Notes under the pieces: generated by a model
What the model saw: only the letters and a program-made list of their open reading frames with translations
Databases searched by the model: none
Told to the model about the DNA's origin: nothing
Made by a program: the position numbers and the translations under genes
Source of the DNA: Bdellovibrionales bacterium GWB1_55_8
GTDB taxonomy: Bacteria; Bdellovibrionota; UBA1018
Assembly (NCBI GenBank): GCA_001769835.1
Contig: MEPR01000039.1
Span: 56,101-120,100 of the forward strand
Direction: 5' to 3'
DNA: 64,000 bases
In this document: piece after piece, positions 53,591 through 63,170 of the stretch
Layout of the letters: the number at the start of each line of letters is the position of its first letter
Position numbering within the stretch: the stretch's first letter is position 1

Positions 53591-54421
53591 ATGGGGAAAC
53601 AGCTGGAAATCGAAATCAAAGTCGGCCTCTTCGTGACCATCGGGATCGCGCTGATCATGGTGGCTATCCTGGTGCTTGGCTCCAGCGAAAACTTTCTCGA
53701 GCGAAAACACACCTATACCGTCCACTTCAAGACTGTGGAAGGCTTGATCCCGGGCGCAAAGGTGGTCCTGGGGGGCGTTCAGGTCGGCACCGTGAAGGCC
53801 GTCCGGCTGAACCCGAAGGAACGGGACATCGAGGTGGAATTGTCTGTCTCCGATGAATCGTCTGAATGGATCCGAGAGGATTCTCGTGCCGAGATCGCAA
53901 CCCAAGGGGTACTGGGTGATAAGTACATCGGAATCTCCCCAGGAACCACGGATGCCGAGCATCTGAAGCCCGGATCCGAGATCCCAGTCACCTCCTCGGC
54001 CGGCCTCACTCAATTCATCAGCAAAGGTGACCAGCTCATGGTCTCCCTGAATCGGATCGCAGGCAGCCTCGACAACCTTCTGAAGAGTTTCGAAAGCGGA
54101 AATCGCGCCGACACGCTCGCCAAAGGAATGGCCTCGACGGCCAAGAACCTGGCCTCCGCCTCTGAGAAGCTCAATCGCGAGCTCGACCATCTCAATCTCA
54201 AATCCTCGATGGCGAACCTGAATGCGATTCTTTCCAAGATCAACAACGGTACCGGCACGCTCGGCGCACTCGTGAATGACCCTGGCCTTTATGATGACGC
54301 TAAGTCCCTCATGGGCGGAGTCAGCCGCAATCGTGTCATGCGAAACCTCATCAGACAGACGGTCCGCGAGTCCGAGGAGAAAAGCGCTAGCTCACCGGTA
54401 ACGGCGAAAGAAAAGCGCTGA
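53591..54421 (+). CDS. mlaD: MCE-domain protein MlaD
   Basis: N-terminal TM plus MCE domain (…GLIPGAKVVLGGVQVGTVKAVRL…), positioned after mlaE and mlaF. Confidence 0.8.
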   Translation: MGKQLEIEIKVGLFVTIGIALIMVAILVLGSSENFLERKHTYTVHFKTVEGLIPGAKVVLGGVQVGTVKAVRLNPKERDIEVELSVSDESSEWIREDSRAEIATQGVLGDKYIGISPGTTDAEHLKPGSEIPVTSSAGLTQFISKGDQLMVSLNRIAGSLDNLLKSFESGNRADTLAKGMASTAKNLASASEKLNRELDHLNLKSSMANLNAILSKINNGTGTLGALVNDPGLYDDAKSLMGGVSRNRVMRNLIRQTVRESEEKSASSPVTAKEKR

Positions 54422-54423
54422 GC

Positions 54424-54450
54424 CCGCCCCTTTCAGGGGCGAGCCCAGAT
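54424..54450. terminator. GC-rich imperfect hairpin between convergent mlaD and the sigma-54 EBP gene. Reads as hairpin + T-rich tract on the minus strand.
   Basis: gcccGCCCCTttcAGGGGCgagc. The minus-strand reading continues …cgcTTTTCTTTCg. Confidence 0.4.
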
Positions 54451-54458
54451 AAACGAAT

Positions 54459-55535
54459 TCAGCAATCCATCAAGCCAGGACCAGGTCCGGTCCCATCGAA
54501 GGCATCCAGGCTTTCGCGCGTCTTCTCGAGCGGAATGATCATGCCCCGCTTGCGAAGCTTCTCGACGAGAGTGGTGCGATTCATCTGGAGCAACTCGCTT
54601 GCGCGATTCTTGTTGCCATTGGTCCGGGCCAGAGCCTGGTCCACCAAGTGGTTTTCAAATGCCGCGACGATCGACTTGAGATCAAGCCCGTCGGATGGAA
54701 GCGCCATTTTCGGAAACTCCCACTCCGCCATGGCACCTGTACCCTGAGGCTGAGTTTCCGCGTATTTCTGGAAAACCTTGTAAGGAAGGTCGCCCAGGTC
54801 CACGGCGCCCTTGCCCTTCAGGATCACCAGACGTTCCATGAGGTTCTCGAGCTCGCGAACATTTCCGGGCCAGTCATAGGCCATCAGGGCGTCAAGCACC
54901 TGCTCGCTGAGCGCCTCGACTTCGTTTCCCGTGACGCGATTGAATTTCGCGACGAAATGATTGGCCAGCAACGTGACATCCGTGCGGCGCTCGCGGAGCG
55001 AGGGAACCTTCAAGGGGATCACGTTCAAGCGATAATAAAGATCTTCACGGAAGCTGCGGTCAGCGACGGCCTTCTCGAGATCGCGATTGGTGGCTGCAAT
55101 AATCCGAACATCCACCTCGAGAGTTCTGGAAGAACCCACGGGCTCAAACTGACGGGTCTGAAGGACTCGCAGCAGCTTCACCTGTAGGTGAAGAGGAAGC
55201 TCTCCCACTTCATCCAGAAAGATGGTTCCGCCATGGGCCAGCTCGAAGCGTCCTTGGCGGTTCTGGGTCGCGCCGGTAAATGCGCCTTTCATGTGGCCGA
55301 AAAGCTCAGCCTCCAGCAATTCCGAGGGAATTGCTCCACAGTTCACGACCACGAGCGGCCGTGCTGCGCGGGGCGAACTTTCGTGGATGGCCCGAGCCAC
55401 CAGCTCCTTCCCCGTTCCGCTTTCCCCTGTGATCAAGACAGTGCTATCAGTCTGAGCGACCTTCTCGATCGTGCGGAAAATGGTTTGTATGATTGAACTT
55501 TCACCGACGAATGGCGATTGAAACGTGAGCATCAA
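54459..55535 (-). CDS. Second stand-alone sigma-54-dependent activator (AAA+ plus HTH, no receiver domain)
   Basis: GESGTGKE, GAFTGA, ELFGHMKGAFTG and a C-terminal HTH (…KNRASELLQMNRTTLVEKLRKRG…). Confidence 0.8.
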   Translation of the reverse strand: MMLTFQSPFVGESSIIQTIFRTIEKVAQTDSTVLITGESGTGKELVARAIHESSPRAARPLVVVNCGAIPSELLEAELFGHMKGAFTGATQNRQGRFELAHGGTIFLDEVGELPLHLQVKLLRVLQTRQFEPVGSSRTLEVDVRIIAATNRDLEKAVADRSFREDLYYRLNVIPLKVPSLRERRTDVTLLANHFVAKFNRVTGNEVEALSEQVLDALMAYDWPGNVRELENLMERLVILKGKGAVDLGDLPYKVFQKYAETQPQGTGAMAEWEFPKMALPSDGLDLKSIVAAFENHLVDQALARTNGNKNRASELLQMNRTTLVEKLRKRGMIIPLEKTRESLDAFDGTGPGPGLMDC

Positions 55536-55728
55536 TGCTCCCCCCCTTTAACCCTTCCTGAGTTTGGGACTACACCGCTGAACCTGGCTGACCCGTCTTG
55601 GTCGGTTTCAGTTCAACGCCCCTATAAAAAGGCTAAGCAAAAGCTGCCTACGTGTCAAAAGTTTTTCGCATGAGCCAAAAAACAGTCGGAGCAGCCATGT
55701 TTTTCCAGGGAAAACAGATTCGGGTACC

Positions 55729-55950
55729 CTACCCGCCGATCAGAGCGCGGACCCAGAGATCTGAATTCTTGTCTCCGCGAAAGACAAACCAGAGCAGCAC
55801 CAGAACGACCAGCAACCCGGATGCTGACCAGAGCGGGACGAAAACGCGGTTGTTCTTGCGGCGAAAATGAAGCCCAAGATCAGCCAGAATGAACGCAACT
55901 GGAATCGCCCAGTACGGGAAAAACCGGAGCGCGGTGAATAGGAAGCGCAT
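55729..55950 (-). CDS. Small 2-TM membrane protein (hypothetical)
   Basis: 73-aa ORF with two hydrophobic helices. Weak support. Confidence 0.3.
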   Translation of the reverse strand: MRFLFTALRFFPYWAIPVAFILADLGLHFRRKNNRVFVPLWSASGLLVVLVLLWFVFRGDKNSDLWVRALIGG

Positions 55951-55975
55951 CCCCGGATTATAGGGAAGTACCGTC

Positions 55976-57142
55976 TTATTTCAAACTGCGAAGTGCGGCA
56001 ACTTGGTCAGTATTTTCCCAGGTAAATTCGGCTTCACTGCGACCAAAGTGCCCGTATGCGGCCGTTTTCGAGTAGATCGGCCTGAGCAGATCCAGTGAAT
56101 CGATAATGCCAGCGGGGCGAAGATGGAACACTTCGCGGGTGGCTGCTTCAATCTTTTTCAGCTCTACCTTCTCAGTTCCATAGGCATTCACCATGACGCT
56201 GACTGGCTCTACGACACCGATGGCGTACGCAAGCTGAACAAGACATTTGTCCGCCAGGCCTGCCGCAACAATGTTTTTTGCGATGTAACGGCCCATGTAT
56301 GCGGCCGAACGATCCACTTTGGAGGGATCTTTACCGGAGAAGGCACCGCCACCGTGAGCTCCGTGCCCACCATAGGTATCGGCGATGATCTTACGGCCCG
56401 TGAGACCGCAATCACCCATCGGCCCACCGATCACAAAACGACCGGTCGGATTCACATAGAATTTTGTTTTGCTATCCAGAAGTTTCGCAGGAATGACCTT
56501 CTTGATCACTTCTTCAGTCAGGGCTTCCTGGATCTGCTTATGCGTGATGTTGTCGTCATGCTGTGAGCTGACAACAACCGCGTCGACGCGCTTGGCGATA
56601 TCGTTTTCGTACTCAATCGTGACCTGTGTCTTGCCATCGGGCCGGAGCCAGCCCAGCGTTCCGTTCTTGCGAACTTCTGAAAGGCGAAGCGCGAGCTTAT
56701 GGGAGAGGTCAATCGTGAGAGGCATCAGATTGTCTGACTCGCGAACCGCGTAGCCAAACATGATGCCCTGGTCACCGGCTCCCTGTTCCTTTTGGTTATG
56801 AATGCCTTGACCGGTGGTTACACCTTGCGCGATGTCCGGGGACTGTCTGTCCAGAGTCGTCATGACGCCACAGGTTTTATAGTCAAACCCTTTTTCAGAG
56901 GAATCATACCCGATCTTCTTCACGGTCTGGCGAACGATATCCGCATAATCAATGCGTGCGTTCGTCGTCACCTCACCGGCCACAACCACCAATCCGGTGG
57001 TAATGAGCGTTTCACAGGCAACGCGGGACCGGGGATCCTCCGTGAGAAGGGCATCCAGAATCGCGTCCGAGATCTGATCGGCCATTTTGTCTGGATGGCC
57101 TTCCGTGATGGATTCAGAAGTGAAAAGGTAGTTGCGTCCCAT
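55976..57142 (-). CDS. metK: S-adenosylmethionine synthetase
   Basis: [25 protein letters not shown]…, [12 protein letters not shown] and the [19 protein letters not shown] motifs. Confidence 0.95.
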   Translation of the reverse strand: MGRNYLFTSESITEGHPDKMADQISDAILDALLTEDPRSRVACETLITTGLVVVAGEVTTNARIDYADIVRQTVKKIGYDSSEKGFDYKTCGVMTTLDRQSPDIAQGVTTGQGIHNQKEQGAGDQGIMFGYAVRESDNLMPLTIDLSHKLALRLSEVRKNGTLGWLRPDGKTQVTIEYENDIAKRVDAVVVSSQHDDNITHKQIQEALTEEVIKKVIPAKLLDSKTKFYVNPTGRFVIGGPMGDCGLTGRKIIADTYGGHGAHGGGAFSGKDPSKVDRSAAYMGRYIAKNIVAAGLADKCLVQLAYAIGVVEPVSVMVNAYGTEKVELKKIEAATREVFHLRPAGIIDSLDLLRPIYSKTAAYGHFGRSEAEFTWENTDQVAALRSLK

Positions 57143-57166
57143 GACAGATCTCCGCGTCGATCTTTC

Positions 57167-57295
57167 TTAATTCTCGAGGTGAATCGGAAACTTGGGGGTT
57201 GTGCCTTTATTCTGTTCCTGGCGCTTACGTGCTTTGCCTTTGCGGGCCTTGCGAATCTTGCGCGCCGTTTTGGTCTTCATCATACGTGATGGCAT
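57167..57295 (-). CDS. Putative 42-aa highly basic small protein upstream of metK (unannotated sORF)
   Basis: ATG at 57295 preceded by GGAGAccctt (SD). Translation MPSRMMKTKTARKIRKARKGKARKRQEQNKGTTPKFPIHLEN. Below the ORF-track size cutoff. Confidence 0.3.
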   Translation of the reverse strand: MPSRMMKTKTARKIRKARKGKARKRQEQNKGTTPKFPIHLEN

Positions 57296-57471
57296 AAGGG
57301 TCTCCGTGGTCGACTGGTGATAATCCGCTCTGCGGCTAAATAGTTCTGTCAGTTGTTATGATGGAAAGACCGCCCTTGTCAATCAAAGAGGGCAACAAGA
57401 GCGCAACAAGGGGCTCTTAACAGAGCTCCCCCTGCCGCGACCGGCCTGTCTCTTGCGCTGCTCCAAGACCT

Positions 57472-59037
57472 ATGAATCGCCTGAAACAGCTCCAGTTACC
57501 CCGGTTACCGATGACAGTGATCGCATTCCTGACCCTCCCCTTTCTCGCGGCTCCTCAATCCGCGAGCGGCAACGGGCAGCTGAAACACGCCGCCCCGATC
57601 GTACTTTGCCCCGGCGAACAGCGAATTTTGAGCTTCCCCGGGCTGCAGCGTTACGCACTGGGTGCCGATTTTGTCCGGGCAACGAGACCGCCGAACCGCC
57701 TGCCGGGTTCGCCTGAGGCCTCCCTCCTGGTAAAAGCCCGGACGCCCGGCCAGACAGACATTTTGGTCTGGAAGCAGGACGGTAGCATCGAAAAGCGGAA
57801 CATTTCAGTTCAACGATGCCGCGAGACGATCAGCACCCCTTTGGAGACGGCCCTCTCTTCACTCGAGGAAGTGGAGATATACGTCAGCGGGGGATTCGCA
57901 ATACTGCGGGGCGTATTCCAGACCAAACCGGAAAGTGCGCGGATCCAATCCCTTCTCAGTGGTTTCCCGGGAAAGGTCCGGGACGATTCGCGCCCCTCGC
58001 AAGAGCTCCTGGATCAGGAGCTCGCGGCCGTGAACCACTGGATCGCTGAAACCGGGAAATCCGCCCTTCTACAAACTGCGCTGACAGGAAAGAGGGTATT
58101 TGTCCGCGGAAATGTCGAGGATTCGGTGTTGCGCCAGACTTTGGAAGAAGAACTCAAGTCTCGGTTCACGCTCGCCACGCCGGAATTGGCGAGCCTGCCC
58201 GACAGTGCTCCTACTGTTTACTTCAGAGTATTCCTGCTTGAACTGAAAAAGGCCCGCTTCGGTGCGATCGGATTATCCTGGCCCGATGCAGTTCCAGGCG
58301 CTTTTCGCGTGACCACGGCAGGAATTCCCCGCTTTGAAGACCTGCTGCAGATTGACCTGACGCTAGAAGCTTTGGAAGGCGAGGGCTCAGTGAAAGTTCT
58401 TTCGAGGCCCGAACTCGCTCTCCGCACCCCGGGGGAAGCGGAACTTTTTGCCGGAGGAGAGCTTCCGATCCAATCGCGCGGTCGATACACGTCGAACATC
58501 TCGTGGAAACCCTACGGACTCACACTGAAACTCAAAGCCACCCACTCTACAGACACCCAAGTGCGCCTGGAAGTTTTCACGGAAGTGAGTCACCTCGACA
58601 CTGCCGTTGCATCCGACTCGGTTCCAGGTATCCGCTCCAATCGCATGAAAACACAGGTGGATGCCAGGTTTGGAAAACCTCTCCTTTTATCAGGCCTCCT
58701 CCAGGAGAAAAATCGCGAAAATGCGCGGGGAATCCCGATCCTGAGAAGCATTCCGGTACTCGGGTCCCTCTTCGGGTCCACGGATTACCTTCAGGATAAA
58801 TCAGAACTCGTCGCGATCTTGCTGCCACTGAGAGCCCCCCCTGCAGCGCCGGAGTCGTTACCTAATCGCCCGCTCCTCACAAATGCTCCGAAAACGGAAA
58901 TTCCAGCAGCTTCCTTCGCAAAGAAACCCACTCTCAAGCGACGGGTGGCTGGCCCTTTTCCGTACCGAATGGGAGCACTTCGGATTCGTTCGAAAATCAA
59001 CACAAGAAAGGCGGCCGGCGGGAGGACCGCGAAATGA
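57472..59037 (+). CDS. cpaC: Tad/Flp-pilus-type secretin (CpaC/RcpA family)
   Basis: Signal peptide and a C-terminal secretin domain (…VKVLSRPELALRTPGEAELFAGGELPI…GIPILRSIPVLGSLFG…). Confidence 0.75.
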   Translation: MNRLKQLQLPRLPMTVIAFLTLPFLAAPQSASGNGQLKHAAPIVLCPGEQRILSFPGLQRYALGADFVRATRPPNRLPGSPEASLLVKARTPGQTDILVWKQDGSIEKRNISVQRCRETISTPLETALSSLEEVEIYVSGGFAILRGVFQTKPESARIQSLLSGFPGKVRDDSRPSQELLDQELAAVNHWIAETGKSALLQTALTGKRVFVRGNVEDSVLRQTLEEELKSRFTLATPELASLPDSAPTVYFRVFLLELKKARFGAIGLSWPDAVPGAFRVTTAGIPRFEDLLQIDLTLEALEGEGSVKVLSRPELALRTPGEAELFAGGELPIQSRGRYTSNISWKPYGLTLKLKATHSTDTQVRLEVFTEVSHLDTAVASDSVPGIRSNRMKTQVDARFGKPLLLSGLLQEKNRENARGIPILRSIPVLGSLFGSTDYLQDKSELVAILLPLRAPPAAPESLPNRPLLTNAPKTEIPAASFAKKPTLKRRVAGPFPYRMGALRIRSKINTRKAAGGRTAK

Positions 59038-59999
59038 ATACGCCCCTCTGGCTTCGCCATGCCCTGACCAACCCGCAGGTATCCGACATCTGCCTGAACG
59101 GGGCAGCGACCGTTTTTATCGATCAAGGACAAGGCCTCCAACCCATTGAGGACAGAACGCCATGGAGCGATGAAGAAATGAAAAGCTGGGTGCTCGAACA
59201 GATTTCACTGGCAGGCCGAAGCTGGGACGCGAAGCACCCATTCATTGATGCAACCCTCGCCTCTGGACACCGGATCCATGTCGCTTTTCCACCCCTGGCC
59301 AGGCAGGGTATTCTCGTTTCCCTGAGACGTCTGGCTCATGCGAGTGAACACTCTGAAAAAGACGATTCAATCGCGAGATGGGGAAACTCGGAGGCGTTCA
59401 GGCTCCTGGCTTGCGCCGTACGCAATGGTGATTCTGTCATCATCTCAGGCGCGACCGGCAGTGGAAAGACGACTCTCGCAAGTGACTTGCTCGCCTCGGT
59501 ACCCGAAATAGAGCGGATTGTCGCACTCGAAGACACCCCGGAACTCAGACCCCATCATCCTCACTTCGTGACCCTGATCAGTCGTCCGCCGAATTCCGAC
59601 GGTTTTGGGGAGGTGACTCTGACCACATTGCTCCGGCAGGCGCTCCGGATGCGACCAGACCGCATCGTCCTGGGTGAGTGCCGCGGACGAGAAGTCCTGG
59701 ACCTGCTGCAGTCACTCAATACCGGTCACCGTGGCGCACTGGCCACTCTGCACGCGAACTCGGCTCGTGAGGCATTGAAGCGGCTCGAACTACTCTGCCT
59801 CCTTTCGGCAGGCGGAACGGTCCCGGCAGGAGTTCTCAAGGAACTCCTCGCACTCGGGGTTCAGTGGGTCACGCAAGTGCGCCGAGTAGGCGGCAGGCGC
59901 GAGATCTCCGAACTATGGCGAATTGAAGGTAAAGAAGGAGATACCATTCTCATGAGGCCCGTCTTTCGAAGTCACGAGGACGCCCACAGAATTGCCTAA
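59034..59999 (+). CDS. cpaF: CpaF/TadA-type (VirB11-like) secretion ATPase, short form
   Basis: Walker A GATGSGKTT, a Walker B/Asp box and His box (…RIVLGECRGREVLDLLQSLNTGHRGALATLHANS…). 321 aa, lacking the usual N-terminal domain. Confidence 0.75.
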   Translation: MNTPLWLRHALTNPQVSDICLNGAATVFIDQGQGLQPIEDRTPWSDEEMKSWVLEQISLAGRSWDAKHPFIDATLASGHRIHVAFPPLARQGILVSLRRLAHASEHSEKDDSIARWGNSEAFRLLACAVRNGDSVIISGATGSGKTTLASDLLASVPEIERIVALEDTPELRPHHPHFVTLISRPPNSDGFGEVTLTTLLRQALRMRPDRIVLGECRGREVLDLLQSLNTGHRGALATLHANSAREALKRLELLCLLSAGGTVPAGVLKELLALGVQWVTQVRRVGGRREISELWRIEGKEGDTILMRPVFRSHEDAHRIA

Positions 60000-60105
60000 G
60001 GCCCGATCGAGCCATGGCTGACCTGCTCCGGGAATCACCCACGGTTTGCCACCCAGCAGAATCCCGAGCAGAAGCGCCCAGAACGACCATCGGATCAAAG
60101 CTGCT

Positions 60106-61194
60106 TCAAATTCCACCATTTCCGCCAAACTGATCCAGCCATGAGAGCCAAAGGCCGAAGCCGAGCATCCCCATCAGAGCGGGTGCCACACAAAGGAAGA
60201 GAGGCTTCAATGCTCGCGTCGGCAGCAGGACGAGCTCCCGATCCGTCCTCACCTTCATTTCGCATCGAAACGCCCGCAACGATGCCTCGGAGCGCTCCAG
60301 ACAAGGACGTCCTTCCATCAAGCTGACCTGAGCAGACTTTTTCAGCGCATTTCCAAGATCGATCAGTGGCAGAATCGCGGGATGCTCACCCACCATTACC
60401 GGCTCGGATGTCCAAAGCGAGTATCCCCAGTGCGCCGCCAACTCGGGCGAATGGGTCGCCAGCCATTCACAGCTCTTTGACCAGGCAATATCAGCAGGAT
60501 TGCCTGCGCGAATAAGCGCGAGAAAACGTTCGCCTGCGCATTGAACCGAAAGTAACCCGTTGCGGTGCCCGCGGGGAAGTGAAGCCCACCTGGCCGTCTC
60601 GGCGAGCCTAAGAATCCATTTTGCGCCAAACACCGCAAGAGAAAGCGCGAGCGCGCACACCACTGCCCAAAGTCCCAAATGCGCGTCTATTCCCGGAAGC
60701 AAAAGGTAAAGCATGCCTGCGAAAAGCGGAACAAGCCCTGCGCAGGCGATTGCCTGAACCACCGCCTGCGAGGATCGGGATTCCGCATCAGCCAGCACCT
60801 CGCGATGATGATTCGCAAATTCTCTCAAGCGTCCTAACGTAGGCAACAACGCTCCGCCCTGCCTCCTGAGTTCCTGAATGCTCTCGTGCGCCAGAACTCC
60901 CCAAGGGGCCGACAGGCGTTGAACGGCTTCCCAACGGGAAGGTGCCGGGATCAATCCTGCTGCAAGTGTATCTTCAAGCTCCCTGAAGAGCGAAACAACA
61001 CGTTCAAGCGCAGCTCGTTCCATCTTCACCCCACCCGCGGCGAAAGACGAAAGCCACCCCTCGCGGAGTTTCCCTAATCCGTGGAAAAGGCACCAGAAAC
61101 CCACAGTCCAGACAAGCCCTTGAGCCATTTGCGCATTCCTCTGCGCGAGCGCTATGCCAGGAATATTCCAGCTGGCCAGAACCGGCGTAGTCAC
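60106..61194 (-). CDS. Polytopic inner-membrane protein, possibly of the T2SS-F (GspF/PilC/TadB-C) family
   Basis: 3-4 TM segments separating two cytoplasmic helical regions (…RELEDTLAAGLIPAPSRWEAVQ…). Convergent with cpaF. The assignment is tentative. Confidence 0.3.
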   Translation of the reverse strand: MTTPVLASWNIPGIALAQRNAQMAQGLVWTVGFWCLFHGLGKLREGWLSSFAAGGVKMERAALERVVSLFRELEDTLAAGLIPAPSRWEAVQRLSAPWGVLAHESIQELRRQGGALLPTLGRLREFANHHREVLADAESRSSQAVVQAIACAGLVPLFAGMLYLLLPGIDAHLGLWAVVCALALSLAVFGAKWILRLAETARWASLPRGHRNGLLSVQCAGERFLALIRAGNPADIAWSKSCEWLATHSPELAAHWGYSLWTSEPVMVGEHPAILPLIDLGNALKKSAQVSLMEGRPCLERSEASLRAFRCEMKVRTDRELVLLPTRALKPLFLCVAPALMGMLGFGLWLSWLDQFGGNGGI

Positions 61195-61285
61195 TTCGAC
61201 CGAAAGGCTTTGAAATCTCCGGACTCAGGAAAGCAGATTCGGACTTTCCTTGCCGGGAGGACCTGTTCACCCGTAAAATTTCAGA

Positions 61286-62107
61286 ATGCGATCCATTCTG
61301 CTCGTTTTGTGTCTCTGTGCAAGCCTACTTGCGGGACTCCAGGCCCTTGCATACCGGACTTACGCCGAAACCGCGCTGTCTTCTCCAGCCCGGCCACAAT
61401 ACGCCGAAGGCGATCAGGCATTTGCAAAACGGAACGTTCCCGAAGAGGCACAAAAAGCGCTCGAACTTTTTCGCCGTTACCATTCGGAGAATCCAAAAGA
61501 TCCTGAAGCTGGCTGGCGGCATTCCATGGGGTGCTACTTTGCCGGACTGCATCTTCTGAAGGGCAAAAATGACAAAGCTAAAACCTTTGCTGAAGGACGG
61601 GATGCAGGAAAAGCTGCACTGAAACTCGCGCCCGATTGCGCGCCTTGTCATTTCTGGACGGCCATCAACATGGCCCTGTATGGACAGACCATCGGTGCGG
61701 TTAAAATGCTATTCAGCCTGAAATCAATCCGGGGGCATCTCCAATCGACACTGAAAACCGAGCCCGCTTACGCGGGTGCCGGAGCGCATCGTTTGCTGGG
61801 TCTGATCGAGCAAAAGCTTCCGGGCGTTCTTGGCGGCAGCAACGCCCGCGCAAAGGAGCACTTCGAGAGAGCCATCCAGGTTGCACCGGATGAGCCAATG
61901 AATCACCTGTTTCTGGTAAAGCTGCTGTTTGAGAAACTCAAAGACAAGAACGCCGCCAGGGTGGTCGCGAAGCAAGGATTGAGAGTCCCCGCTCCTTCTC
62001 CGGAGCGGATCGAATCACTGGGTTCGATGAAAGAATTGCAGGAATTCCTGGATGCTCACCCGGAACCCGAAGCCGCAGAGTCGCCCGCCCCGGCCGGGAG
62101 CTCATGA
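61286..62107 (+). CDS. Secreted helical/TPR-like protein (hypothetical)
   Basis: Signal peptide MRSILLVLCLCASLLAGLQALA, then helical repeats. Confidence 0.4.
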   Translation: MRSILLVLCLCASLLAGLQALAYRTYAETALSSPARPQYAEGDQAFAKRNVPEEAQKALELFRRYHSENPKDPEAGWRHSMGCYFAGLHLLKGKNDKAKTFAEGRDAGKAALKLAPDCAPCHFWTAINMALYGQTIGAVKMLFSLKSIRGHLQSTLKTEPAYAGAGAHRLLGLIEQKLPGVLGGSNARAKEHFERAIQVAPDEPMNHLFLVKLLFEKLKDKNAARVVAKQGLRVPAPSPERIESLGSMKELQEFLDAHPEPEAAESPAPAGSS

Positions 62108-62313
62108 ACAAGATCCCCGAGCCGCTCCAGCAGTGCTTCGGTTTCGCTGAGGAAATCAGGCGGAATGCTGAGTTCCAGATCCCGATACAGAGCCCCTGAG
62201 CGATGATCGAGGGTGGAATAGCTAGTGATGCCCTCATACGACTCCAGAATGAAGTAAACGTATGCTGAGTCTTCCTTGCGTACGCGGATGATCTTCTTGA
62301 TTGCCGAAACCAC
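62056..62313 (-). CDS. Small cytoplasmic protein (DUF4911-like?)
   Basis: 85-aa ORF, convergent with the previous gene and overlapping it by 52 nt. Weak. Confidence 0.3.
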   Translation of the reverse strand: MVSAIKKIIRVRKEDSAYVYFILESYEGITSYSTLDHRSGALYRDLELSIPPDFLSETEALLERLGDLVHELPAGAGDSAASGSG

Positions 62314-62354
62314 GCAGTCAACTTATCCTATGTTCAAGTATGTGCTACCGAAAA

Positions 62355-63170
62355 ATGCTCCCGCTCGTCACCCGCAGAATTTCTATCACTTTCGTTGGGC
62401 TGCTCGTTCTGGGAGCCTGCTCATCGGTTCAGAAAGCCTCTGAAAACGAAAACGACAAGGCTGAAGCGGCTCCGCCGATTTCCGAGATGCGCACTCAGAT
62501 GGGCGCATTGAACGCACGGATCGAGGAACTCGAAGGCAAACTTACCTCTCTGAACGGAAAGCTTGAGTCCATGCAGGCAGCCGCATCCACATCAGCAGAC
62601 CGCATGGAACGCTCGGCTGCCGCACCTGTCATTCCCCATCCAGCCACTCGCGCGGGCGCTCCGATATCCATATCCAAGGCTTCCAGTGATCCGGAGGCAG
62701 GCTTTATGAGCGATGACGCCATTCAAAGTTATCGAAAAGCGCTTGTCCTGCTCCAGTCACAGCAGCATTCCGAATCTGTTCTGGCTTTTTCTAATTTTCT
62801 GGAACAATACCCCGACCACCCTCTCGCCGGCTCAGCCCAGTTCTATGTGGGGGAAGCTTACTTTCAGCAAAAGGAATACAAGCTGGCGCTTCAGGAGTAC
62901 CGCCGTGTTCTGACCTCTTATGATCGCAGTGCTCAGGTTCCCGAGGCGCTCCACAAGATGGCACTCGCGGAAGACCTTCTGAACATGAAAGAAGACGCGA
63001 AAGCCCATCGACAGCTTCTCACCTCGCTTTACCCGCAATCACCCGCTGCGGGCGCCAATGCTGAGCAGGAATCCACTGAATCGAGCGCGCCCCGCGGACT
63101 GGATGGGGTGCCGCCGACAGCTCCTCTGAAGAGCCAGATGAACGAACCGAAACGAGAGAATGCGCACTAA
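62355..63170 (+). CDS. cpoB: Tol-Pal-associated cell-division coordinator CpoB/YbgF
   Basis: Signal/lipobox-like N-terminus (VGLLVLGACS), a coiled coil (…LNARIEELEGKLTSLNGKLESMQ…) and C-terminal TPRs (…AQFYVGEAYFQQKEYKLALQEYRRVLTSYDRSAQVPEALHKMAL…). Confidence 0.65.
   Translation: MLPLVTRRISITFVGLLVLGACSSVQKASENENDKAEAAPPISEMRTQMGALNARIEELEGKLTSLNGKLESMQAAASTSADRMERSAAAPVIPHPATRAGAPISISKASSDPEAGFMSDDAIQSYRKALVLLQSQQHSESVLAFSNFLEQYPDHPLAGSAQFYVGEAYFQQKEYKLALQEYRRVLTSYDRSAQVPEALHKMALAEDLLNMKEDAKAHRQLLTSLYPQSPAAGANAEQESTESSAPRGLDGVPPTAPLKSQMNEPKRENAH

Noticed and set aside
57143-57470. Possible SAM riboswitch upstream of metK
   Set aside because: No recognisable SAM-I or SAM-II consensus elements were seen. 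The region instead contains a small basic ORF with a good RBS. Left as a suggestion for an Rfam scan.
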